From: Callorhinchus milii
Lineage: Eukaryota
Assembly (NCBI RefSeq): GCF_018977255.1
Contig: NW_024704742.1
Span: 11,968,001-12,032,000 of the forward strand
DNA length: 64,000 nucleotides
Reading direction: 5' to 3'
Part shown: positions 53,801 through 64,000 of the stretch, piece by piece
Layout of the letters: every line of letters starts with the position of its first letter
Numbering within the stretch: position 1 is the stretch's first letter
The notes under the pieces: model-generated
What the model was told of the DNA's origin: nothing
What the model saw: the letters and a program-made list of their open reading frames with translations, nothing else
The model's database searches: none
Translations under genes and position numbers: made by a program

Positions 53801-56800
53801 TACAGTGCTACAGTTTATGTAAACAGGAAATACGTGTTCTTAGGGGCCAGACAGGGTAACTGGCACTAGAAACCAGGCAGGGACTGGAACGACTAGTACT
53901 TGTTCCTCGGGTCTGGCAGGGTAGACCGGACTGGAAAATACCCACTTTTGAGAATAAAAGAGAGCAGGCAGGGACTGGAACGACAGGTTAATTCTTGGCA
54001 GGAGAACATAAACTCATAAAACCAAGGTTATATCAGTTATAAAATGAGCAGAGAACAGAAACGGAGGGAAGAATTCCAGAAACACAGTAGACAGAATGAA
54101 CAAAAAGAGGATAGGTTTGCCGAGGGATGGTTCAGATGAGCAGTAAGAGAAATTAGAAATCATGCAGAGCACCAGTTCGAGTCTGGGGCACAGGTAGAGG
54201 AATGGCTCAGGAATAAGTTTGTGGCAGGAGAGGTTAAAATGTGAAGACTCTCGGTAAACTGCGAGGGTTCTTTCGACAAGGGTTAATTGGTCAACTTGCA
54301 ACACGTAAAGAAGCCCAAGTAAAAGACGTGGAAGAGTGTAAGATATTAGAGGCGAAGGTAACAGAGCTGGAGGAGCAATGTGATAAAATGAAGGGAGAAG
54401 GTATGCAGAGAAGGAACAGTGGGATCGGAAAGATACACAGAATGAGGAGGTACAAAGAGAGCAGAGAGTAAGGATTGCAGAGCTAAGTAGTATGGTGGCA
54501 AGTCAAGCAATGTTGATTAACGTGGGCTTGTAGGAACAAAAAGAGTTAGGTGAAGTAAGAAGGGAGCTGAAAGTGTTAAAGAAGGAGGTGGAGCGATTGA
54601 AGGGTGAAAATGATAATCTGCAAGGTGCCTACCGGGTGGCTCTTAAGGCAGGAGAAGCTGGACGTCAGGTATACCATCAGGTTTGCAGGGAACAAGTTGT
54701 TGAGTTAAAGGGGCAGCTGCACGAGAAATGGGCTTTTGAGTGGGCAGTAACAGGAGGAAGGGGTAGTAATTGGAGTAATGCCTCTAGCAAATGCTATAAA
54801 GGTGGGGGTAGAGGGCACTTTGTTCGTGATTATCCAAGCGAGCTACAACCAGGGTCTAACCAAATTGAAAATTGCCCCTATATCACCTCTAAACCTTTGC
54901 CCAAGGACCAAAAATTGGATAGATTGATTGCCTTATTAACCCTCCAGCAGGACTGGAGGTGGTATTCAAATCAATAAAACCTCCAGTTCTAAACGTGAGA
55001 AAGATAAAGGAGTGGACAGACTTAAAGCACAAGTAGCAGCCTTAGTGGAGGAAAAAACTTAAAAAGTACAGGAGAACAAGGTTTAAAAGACAAAACAAGA
55101 CAAATTAATTCAGGTAAAAGAAAGGGCAAGGTTAAAGGGATAAACTCAAATCCAATGACAAAACCACCAATACCGAAGGATTGTAAAGGTGAAACTAAGA
55201 AAGGTATTAAAGAGTCAAATTTTGAAGAAAGATTGGGACAAATGGTTACTTCTGAATTTGAAAGATTACAGAAGGAGTTACAAGCAATGAGACAACTGAT
55301 TGAGCAATGTATAGATCCTTGTGTCTCACCGATATGCCTCCAGACCAAACAGATGACGTTTTGGCTAATTTGGAAGCCCTCAAACAGTTCAGCCTCCTTG
55401 ATACTTGTGAGGAGTCAGGAAAGGTCAAAATGCTGTTTGCTCAAATAAAGAGATTAACAAAAGTTGAGAGAGAAAGAGAGTAGGATGGGTTCATTGAAAA
55501 AAACAAGAGAAGAGAACTTTATACAGCACAGAAACTTTAAAAAATCACAAACTGTAGCCACTGAATGTGAGCAGTTTAAATTCACTGACTGCTCGGACTT
55601 CGATTTTTGTAAACAAACGGACACTCACTGCTTCATGCTGACCAGCACCAGCTGCTCAGAGAGAGTTAACCCTTTGGTTTCCACATAAAGCAAAACTGTA
55701 TTTACAGCTAATGATCATGTCCAAGCTACAATTGAATCCCTGGTAAAGCTAGTAGTACAAGTATTTTGAGGTAGTAACACAAATAGATCAAATTTCTATT
55801 CCCACTTCACATGATGGTCACCAACTTTACTGCAATCTTATTAACTAACTGAAGTGTTTAAAGAAACGGGAGATTTCACTTTGTGATTTAGTTCCTACAG
55901 ATACTGACAATGGCTCATTACACCCTATGGAGGTCACTTTCCTTCCGGCGACTTCTTCTGGGATGACTTATACTTCACTTACCCTCCCACCCACAAAGCC
56001 GGTCTTCACATTCAATTTCAGCTCGAAGGTCTGGAGGGGAGATGAGTGGACAAGTCAACCCAATTAATCGTCTACTTCACAACAGCGGCCAATACCTGTA
56101 CAGAGGACAAGGTCTACATTGGCAACCGCGCGGGTTTTGTATGGGCCGGGTGTGGTACAGTGCGCGATGACGGGGTCAATAGGTAAACACTGATAGTTCA
56201 AGAAGGAGAAGTAATAGTATTAAGAATGTCATTGTTCTGATTTATTTTATGTAACATTTACTTTGTCTATTCCAGTATTTCAGTGATGCTCAAAGCCAGC
56301 AGGCAAGGATAGAGAGAACATCCACTGAAATAATATTTCACATTTCTGTGACCATACTATTTGTTAATCATGATATTATTGATTCTATGGACTCTCAAGG
56401 ACATTGGTAACATCAGTACATAAAGGTTGCCAAGAACAAAAGGAGTTTACCGACCTTGAAGGATGCGTTTTTAACCCTACAAAGAATGGTAAAAAGAAGC
56501 TGTTGAAGGTCTCACTGCTGACTTGGCAGACGTGACTAAAAAGATCTAAGTTTGGGAACAAAGAAAAGTCTAACCAATCTTAAGAAGAGATATTCTACAA
56601 TCAACATTGATCGAACCACGTTGACAAGTTGATTCCTAATCACAGCCACTATATCAATCTGATTAATTAATTTATTACTCATGTCTTATCCTTTTGTGAT
56701 TGCCAAAGCCATAATATTATTTACAATGATTGTTTTTTTATTTGCTTTATTGGTCTTGGTGTATTTGTGAGACCTCATTATTATCATTATTTCGGTCTCA

Positions 56801-56810
56801 CGATGGGGAC
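53800..56810 (+). mobile_element. Decayed internal region of an LTR retroelement / endogenous retrovirus-like element
   Basis: A broken coiled-coil-rich ORF from ATG 54044 ends in a degenerate CCHC knuckle, CYKgGGRGHFVRDyP (54792-54836; both lost Cys codons are one substitution from TGT). A second Gag-like segment reads TDDVLANLEALKQFSLLDTCEESGKVKMLF (from 55349). A hydrophobic TM-like stretch lies at 56708-56770, and a purine tract GATGGGGAC (56802-56810) precedes TG. Confidence 0.7.
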
Positions 56811-57504
56811 TGTTAGATTGACTAGAAAATATAGAAATTAAAACACCTTACAGCAATTATAAAACATTAGTTTAAAAATGTTAGAAGAACGCTGAGCCTG
56901 TCAGTTCCAAGGGGCTGGGAGAAGCAGGCACGACCTCTAGTCCTGGAGTATGAGGTAAGGGCCACCTGGAGATAGGGGGAGACCCTGAGCCTGGCACCAG
57001 GACAATGGAATATGTGTCCGAAAGCTTTTCTTGTAAACCAGTTACACTCTCAAGGACAGTACTGAGATACGGTTAAGCCTGTCTCAATTCCAGATGGCCA
57101 AAAAGAAGAGAATGTTGTTGATCAGGTTAGACAGAACAAAGGAAGAGTAAAATTCTGGAGACCATAATCTTATCTGGCCAAAGCAAAAGTTAGAGGGGAA
57201 TTTAGTATAATTGGGATGCCACCGAACAGAGAGGGGTGGGAGCAGGGAGAGAGAGATTAAGAGAAATGTGGAAGCAGGGAGAGAGAGAGACAAAGAGAGA
57301 ACATGAGTATCGCAAATGCTTGAGCCTGAGAAGCCGACATGAAAGACTGAATTCAGCCTACAAACTGCACAGAACTGGTAGTATGTCTATTTATTTACCT
57401 CTTTTGCCATATACTCATAAACTGCTTGTGAATAATAAACCATTGTACCTTTATTAAGGATGTTGAGTCATTATTTCGGGCGGACGGGCGGGCGGGGGGA
57501 GACA
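56811..57504 (+). mobile_element. 3' LTR of the preceding element
   Basis: Begins TGTTAG immediately after a PPT-like tract and has AATAAA at 57434-57439. A CA end at 57503-57504 is plausible but uncertain. No matching 5' LTR is in the window. Confidence 0.6.
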
Positions 57505-57789
57505 CTGTTGCAGGATGTACTATTCTGTACCATACTGTGTTGTAGCTGCTACCAGGGATTCAAACCTAGCGGGCGGAATTGACGTCATGCGGAATGGTGG
57601 GAAAATCTGGAGGTTTAAAATGGCGTCCCCCCTTGACCGGTATTGGCAGCCGCCCCATCTCAAGGTCCATGAGATGCCCAGCCCAGCCGGCAGTTACCTG
57701 CCCCTGCCTCTGGCTAACGCTGGTCCCGATCCGCGGGTCCCCGGCCCACGCTTTGGCTAAAGCTGGTCCCGATCCCAATAAGAATAGCT

Positions 57790-58025
57790 AAAGGAAAACT
57801 TAGGAGGAAATTTTTTCACCCAGAGATTAGTTGGGATGTGGAACATCCTGCTAAGTTGGGTGGTGGAGATGGAGTCCATTGTAGCTTTCAAGAGGGAAGT
57901 AGACAGGCATATTAAAGAGAGGGTCTTGAAGGAGTATGGGGATAAAATGCAATATCCTTGCTCTGTGACCCAGTACAGAGTCGATGGGCTGAATGGCTTC
58001 CTTGTGCCCTGGGATATCTGTTTCT
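57790..58025 (+). mobile_element. CR1 3' end
   Basis: TTTTTCACCCAGAG...TGTGGAAC...GTGGTGGAG...TTTCAAGAGGGAAGTAGAC...GATGGGCTGAATGGC. Confidence 0.75.
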
Positions 58026-58511
58026 AACTCTGCACTACAGGTTTCACCATCATGCTCACTCACATAGGAAGAAAGCTCCAAATAAGAATAAAGTGCTCTG
58101 TCTACCTTTGCAAGAGTCCTTAAGATTTGCTTCCATTCCTGGTTCCTGGATCTGTAGGCTTCCTGAGACAGTACTCAATTATCCTGGATTGATATTGATG
58201 TCTTTCTCAATGGATGCTCAATGGTTCCCTGGACAATGCCTCAGGATTTCTTAAATGAAGACACATGACTTCTTAGATCAATGTCTGAAGGCTTACTGTA
58301 TCAAAGAGTCAATACTTTCCTAATGTTAGTCTCTTTCGCAGTTCTCATTCAATGGACAATTAGCTGGATGCCAATACTCTTGATACCGGATACAGTTTTT
58401 GAATTAGGGAGAATGTGAAGTCCTGAGCACAGTGGTTAGAGCACTCACCTCGCAAGCGAGAAAGCCCAGGTTGTTAGTCGATTGGCAGCTCGCTTTTCCA
58501 GGGATAATAAT

Positions 58512-58840
58512 ATAATAATAACCCTTGCGTTTGAAACAGCGCCTTCACAGAATACACTGTATATTTTGTGGGTGAAACACAGCAGCTAATTGCCCACAAC
58601 AGTGTCCCACAAACAGTCGTGGATTTAGTCACCCAATTATTAGCTTGATCACTATATTTTTTTGGAGGGATTATTACGGAAAGCGATCCGCCAATTCACT
58701 AACATGTGGATTCCTGCTTACTGCTAGGTAAACAGAGGTGCTTGTGGAGTAAGGAAACATGCTCAACAATTCGCCATGCCAGGGCGAAACCCAGGCCCTC
58801 TTGTTTGCGAGGCAAGTGCTTTAACCACTACACTACAGGA
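58512..58840 (-). mobile_element. SINE (long variant) fused at its 5' end to the FLNA fragment
   Basis: The minus strand starts TCCTGTAGTGTAGTGGTTAAAGCAC at 58840 and includes the central block, body and (ATT)n tail. Confidence 0.88.
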
Positions 58841-59176
58841 GGCGGGGGAGGGGGGTGGGTGGGGAGGGAAAGGGGGGACGATTTAGTGCATGGACACGTG
58901 GAAAGTGCTCCAGGGATGTGGCTATCCTCCAATTTGACCACCAGGATGTAATCGCTTTTCTCCTTGAGCAGGTAGGAGACATTGTCAAGTTTGCTCCCCG
59001 GGAGTTTGACCACAACCTTTCACAGGGGCTGATGGGTCTGTGCACAGCCACCATCAACATGTTAGACCGCACTTTGCTGCAGTCCATGGTGAAGCAGTTT
59101 TTCTGGATGACAAATGCCTTTATTAGACCGAGACCTTTGGCCGTCACTTTGCTATGTTGGCTCTGGGGGGGACCCT
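58841..59176 (-). pseudogene. FLNA: Processed pseudogene fragment of filamin A (C-terminal Ig repeat 24, stop codon, ~40 nt of 3'UTR)
   Basis: Minus-strand translation across two 1-nt frameshifts (~59018 and ~58909) gives SKVTAKGLGLIKAFVIQKNCFTMDCSKVRSNMLMVAVHRPISPCE/VVVKLPGSKLDNVSYLLKEKSDYILVVKLEDSHIPG/STFHVSMH*. This is colinear with the recalled FLNA C-terminus ([90 protein letters not shown]). The stop (58883-58885) is at the equivalent position. AKGLGL and VSYLLK favour FLNA over FLNB/FLNC. Confidence 0.9.
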
Positions 59177-60629
59177 TAATAATTCCTTAAAAATAATAAT
59201 AATTTGATCGCTCAATCCACGACTGTATGTGGGACACTGCTGTGTGCAATTGGCTGCCATGTTTCATCCACAAAATATACAGTCAATTCACTTTACAGTA
59301 TATTCTGCAAAGCGCTTTGAGACGTCTCGAAGATGTAATAAGCGCTATATCAGATGCAAGGATTATTAGTATTATTACTTCAGTTATCTAGTTTTATGTT
59401 AATTGCATACATGTAACCTAAAATCTCACATGATCCCATTTTGGAAATAAAATAATTTTCTATGATTTTAATGAAAGGCTAAAAGTGAAATTCTGAAAAG
59501 TTTAGATGTGACCAAGTTCACATTAAATTCGCTATTAAATCTGCAATACAAATTGGATGAAAACTCAATTTTGAAAATAAATCAAGCCAGTGGGATAATT
59601 AGCTCCTACAAATTTAGTATTAAAACATTAATCTATAGAATGGCATTTATCTGCATATTAAACAATTCTCATTTCCAGAGCCAATGAAAATTGCGGAAAT
59701 ATTTCCCAAAAATATGGGGAAGGTTTTGTGGAAAATTGCAGGGGGCTGATTGATGGTGTTGAGAGGTATATTATACTGCCAAGCTACATTTTACTTTATT
59801 GATAAAGACTGAACATGAAGAAATAACGCATATTAGATTTTTGCATAAAAAAATGTTTTCTTTAACAAAAACTGGGTGGCCCACTCGAGGCGGTGGGGAT
59901 GGGGAACGGGGATGGGAACACTGGCGCAGGCCCAAAGGGCTGAATGGTCCGTTTCCACCCTGCACTAAAGCTTGAAGGCCAGTCTCCTGACAGAGGGGCT
60001 CCAGGAGGTCATCACCTTCTGCCTCCCAAGACCTGCCACTGCACACAGACACAGACACACAGACTCACACGCATACACTCACAGATACACAGACAGACAG
60101 TATATTTTCCAGGGGAGGTAAACTGGAGCAGAACTGGTTCGGAACATGGTTGGCAATCAAAGACTCTTTCCAACCTGTGCCTAATATTCTCCGGATTAAA
60201 ATTGAATTGAGTTTTCCAAGCCAGAACAGTTTCACCTATCATAATAATGTTAATAATAATATATAATCCTTGCATTTGATAAAGCGCTTTTCACGTATTC
60301 GCAACATCTCAAAGCGCTTCACAGAATATGCTGTAAAGTGAATTAACCGTATATTTGTGGGCAAAATTTGCAATTTGCAATCTGACTTTTAAGGTCCCAA
60401 CAACAATAGGACAACATTTGAAAATGCAATTCCTTCTGCTCCATGAACATTTGAGGTTTAGTAAACACATATACAAACTGCTACAAATAATAGCAATTAT
60501 CAGCAAGATTACACATTTCACTATGTTTTGCACAGCATATTTTTTCATGACATTAAGGTTTAGTTTTTTTAATTAAATATAATTGGCTCTAGGATATTAG
60601 TCAGCAAGTGTTGGGAAGCATGAAATCTA

Positions 60630-60948
60630 TCTGACCTGCTTATCCCCCCCCTCCTCTAACCGCTGCCTGTACTCGGCCGGCTCCAGCCTCCTGTTTGAAC
60701 CTTGTCCCCTCCGTTCCACCATCGGTGACCATGCCTTCAGCCACTACACCCCGAAACTCTGTAACTCTCTCCCACAATTCCTCCACCTTCCCCCTCCTTC
60801 CTCCCTCCCCGCCTTCAACTTCCACCAAAAGATCTTCCTTTTTGATCGTGCTTACGGTCACCTTCCCCCTGACTCTGTGTCAGACTCTGCCACTGGGAAG
60901 CGCTCCGAGACTTTACCCCGTGTGAATAAGTGCAAGTTTTGTTGTTGT
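60630..60948 (+). mobile_element. L2 3' fragment
   Basis: TCCACCATCGGTGACCATGCCTTCAGC and the tail AAGTGCAAGTTTTGTTGTTG. Confidence 0.7.
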
Positions 60949-61199
60949 AAAAGGTCCCAAGCACACTTTTAAATCACCTTAGTTGTCCTTAGCCAGACCA
61001 GAATAGACCATGCAGAATTGAATAGTTTTTGAGTAGGTTTGTTATGTGATCCATATTTTAAAAAATAATATTTTTCAAAACTGCTAATAAATTAGTTCAG
61101 TGGTAAATAACTAAATTAGTTCAGTGGCAAGTACCACAAAAGTCACTTCCAGTATTCCTTGATAGTTTAACAGTCCTCGAACACTTTCTTATACTGTGG

Positions 61200-61527
61200 A
61201 CATGGTTGTGGAGAATTCCATGGTTTAATATGGTGGGGGTGTGCTGCATTGCAGATAGTCTCCCTCAGATGAAAGGTCAATCTGAGGACCAGCATTCCTG
61301 CTCAAGTGGACGTTAAAAATCCCATGGCACTATTGGAAAGGAGAAGGGAGTTTCTCCCGGTGCCCTGGCCAAGAATCCTCCAGATAAAATTGACCATTCA
61401 CTTCAAGACTGTTTGTGGGACATTGCTGTGTACCAATTGATTTATCGCCTTTGCTTACAAAATACAGTCACTCTAAGACATTTTGACGATGTGAAAGGCA
61501 CCATATCAAATGCAAGGATTATTATTA
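61200..61527 (+). mobile_element. DeuSINE, degraded
   Basis: GTGGACGTTAAAAATCCCATGGCACTATT...GGTGCCCTGGCCAA...GACTGTTTGTGGGACATTGCTGTG, then tail. Confidence 0.75.
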
Positions 61528-61740
61528 AATTGTTTTATCTTGATGTCAGAAGAGAGGGAAGAAAATAACAAAAATGTCTGAAAATAAGGAATAAAATGCC
61601 TTAAAAGAGCATTTGTTGAAGTAAAACTTACTTTATATATAATAATAATCCTTGCATTTGATATGGTGCCTTTCACATCGTCAAAATGTCTTAGAGTGAC
61701 TGTATTTTGTAAGCAAAGGCGATAAATCAATTGGTACACA
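61427..61740. repeat. Perfect 101-bp inverted duplication with 112-bp spacer
   Basis: 61427-61527 is the exact reverse complement of 61640-61740. Confidence 0.95.
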
Positions 61741-62379
61741 TCAAGTCTTCAAGACCTCTCAAAGAGCTTCACAGAATATACTGTAAAGTGAATTGACTGT
61801 ATACTTTGTGGGCTGTATATCCAACTTTGCTGAAGTAGGATAGAAATTGAGATTTCTGATTTAGTGCTGTGTTTCATTTTGCCTTGCTATCATTCTGAAA
61901 CATTCAAGTTGTGAGCTTCTAAGAACCTCTTCAGTAAATCTGACCACACTGACTCTGAACCTGTAGATCATCTTTGTATGAGTGTGTTAACACAACCAGC
62001 CATTTGCCACTTAATTGTGGCAAGTTAAAATGATCTGGCAATAATCCAACATTTAGTTATAACTGTAAATTGGAATTTAGTTGATTTGTAATATCGCATA
62101 GGTAATATTTGAGAGTGGATTTGAAGTAAAATCAACAGGAATTACATGTTTTATTTCAAACAGCATTGTGTACCTTGAATATCATTTTGAATCGTGATTT
62201 CAAATAGCAATAAATGCTCTTCAGCTGTTAGCCACAGCTGAAGATCTTACTCTTCAACCTGCCTACAGTCACCTCACCCTCTCCACGGCGCGGTGTCAAG
62301 CTCTGCCACTGTTAAACACTACAAGTTGCTACCCCGTGTGAAGGGCCCTATTCAAATGCAAATTGTTGTTGTTATTACA

Positions 62380-62610
62380 CCATAGAACCATGCAGCACCA
62401 TTTGGCCCACAGTGTTATAGAGCAACCCAATCAGTTCCATTATCTGTTTTTTTCCTGCAAATTACAGTTTTTTTGATATCTATCTCAATGCCTCTTAAAA
62501 GTTAATATGGATCTTGCCTCAAGCACCACACCTGGCAGAGCATTCCACATTCCTACAACTCTGTGTGTAGAAATTCCTAATGTTCCGTTTTGCTTCTTTG
62601 CTAATATAAT
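62380..62610 (-). mobile_element. CR1 3' relic
   Basis: CATAGAACCA tail and GCAGAGCATTCCACATTCCTACAACTCTGTGTGTAG. Confidence 0.6.
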
Positions 62611-63374
62611 GGAAACCTGTTCAAACCACTTCATTGGAACACGGGTTCCCTTGTTGAATATTAAGGGTTTGGATCCAGAAGTTTACAAAATATGCAAATT
62701 GCTTGAGGTTGCTACATCTCATGCATAAAAAAGGACAAAACGCCAGCTGGCATGGGGAAGCCAAAACAGCTAACTTCTGGGTGATCAGGTCACCACCAAA
62801 GCCACTTTTTCCACAATATACAGAATCTAATAAAACCACAATGTTTTGGCAAACGCCATCAGTTAAACATATGGAAAGCAAATTATTAGCAAATAGATAG
62901 AAATTGCACGCACAAATACCATTTATTGTACATGTCAAACTCTTTTCCTTTTTCAAAGAAAAAAGTAGACACGATTTGAAGATAACAACAATTTGCATTT
63001 ATATAGCTCCCCTCACACAGGATAGCTTCCCAGAGCACTTTTATGTTGCACAAATCACAAAGAGCTGTGAACATAACCCTTAAAATGGCCACACACATGT
63101 AACGAATGAAAATATTGGTAGCCTTATGAGAGTGCGATCAGTCAACCGAAGGGCAATCCTTTTAGGTGCTGCAACCTTTTCAGCAGAGGAATAAAGCGGG
63201 TACCTTTTAAAGTCATTGACTTGTAAAGGTAAATCAGAATCCAGCCATTTGAGCCAGTTTATATTCTTCAGGTAAAGGAGAGGGGATTGGGAATGGTGGA
63301 GGTTCATGTGGAGTATAATACAAGCACTGACTGGAATGAACAAATGGCCTCTTTTGATGCTATACAGTCTCTGT

Positions 63375-63470
63375 AATAATAATATAATAATCCTTGCATT
63401 TGATATAGCGCCTGTCTCCAAGCACATCACAGAACATACTGTAAAGTGAATTGATTGTATATTTTGTGGG
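63375..63470 (-). mobile_element. SINE 3' fragment (one of many; others at ~1-52, 2955-3090, 9765-9927, 10250-10400, 22775-22950, 34145-34263, 60240-60380)
   Basis: AATAATCCTTGCATTTGATATAGCG...CTGTAAAGTGAATTGA family signature. Confidence 0.8.
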
Positions 63471-64000
63471 TATAATCTATTCTATTCTACAGCCCAAAAT
63501 TTTCAAGAGCTACAGCCTATCTTGTGTTTAATATAACCACAATTTGTGGTATATAATCACACGGTACCATTCTATTTGTTCATTTCTGAGGCTGAGTGAT
63601 GGATGCCATGTGTGTCTTTTTGGCCCAATTCTCATCCCTTTTCACAAAAGCAATATTCTGTATTATTTAGAACCAAAACCCCCAAAAAAGGAAGAGCCGC
63701 CCAGGAATGTAACAGTACATGAAGGGCTAATAGATATTGAGGCATGGATTGTCATGAGGGGAAAGTCGAACATGTGCAGAGAATATTCTTATAACTTGCC
63801 ATAAGACTTTATTTTATTTTGTTAAAAACTCAGGCTGAGCTGAATTATTTTTAGAACAAAATATGTCAAAATAGTTTGAAGGAAGGTCTAAGGAACAAAG
63901 CATATTTGAAACATAATATGACACAAGGCAAACAGACACGATGATTTGTGATCCTAGAAAAGAACCTACACTTTTTTAGCATCTAAAACATCTCAAGATG

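Larger units (their letters stand above)
58416..59378 (+). mobile_element. Host SINE (long variant) split into 58416-58511 and 59177-59378 by the FLNA-SINE insert
   Basis: Head and GCTTTTCCAGGGATAATAAT on the left. Continuation TAATAATTCCTTAAAAATAAT, body and tail on the right. Confidence 0.85.

Noticed and set aside
58841..59176. Functional terminal exons of a filamin gene
   Set aside because: It has two frameshifts, no intron or splice acceptor, no upstream filamin exons in the window, and it lies inside a SINE.
1..64000. CRISPR array or prokaryotic defence system
   Set aside because: No regularly spaced repeat-spacer array or operon-like gene density. The sequence is vertebrate retroposon-rich DNA.

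Overview
This 64-kb window is repeat-rich vertebrate non-coding DNA (intergenic or deep intronic). The repeat content points to a cartilaginous fish: tRNA-derived SINEs with a Deu-type 3' body, SacSINE1-like DeuSINE relics, L2 LINEs and CR1 LINEs. That assignment is inferred from recalled repeat families and was not searched. I found no intact host exon, RNA gene or prokaryotic-type system, and almost all listed ORFs are SINE/LINE read-throughs or chance ORFs. Main non-routine observations: (1) an intronless, twice-frameshifted copy of the last ~97 codons of filamin A (58841-59176, minus) fused directly to the 5' end of a SINE, with the pair inserted inside another SINE between 7-bp target-site duplications, which looks like a template-switch retro-chimera; (2) a decayed LTR/retrovirus-like element (53800-57504) with a coiled-coil/zinc-knuckle ORF, a second Gag-like ORF, an env-like TM remnant, a PPT and one LTR; (3) two perfect inverted duplications (201-bp arms at 44034-44459 and 101-bp arms at 61427-61740); (4) a composite SINE family present as long and short variants; (5) a near-intact, 5'-truncated L2 reverse-transcriptase copy (30315-32463). 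Boundaries of degraded repeats are approximate.
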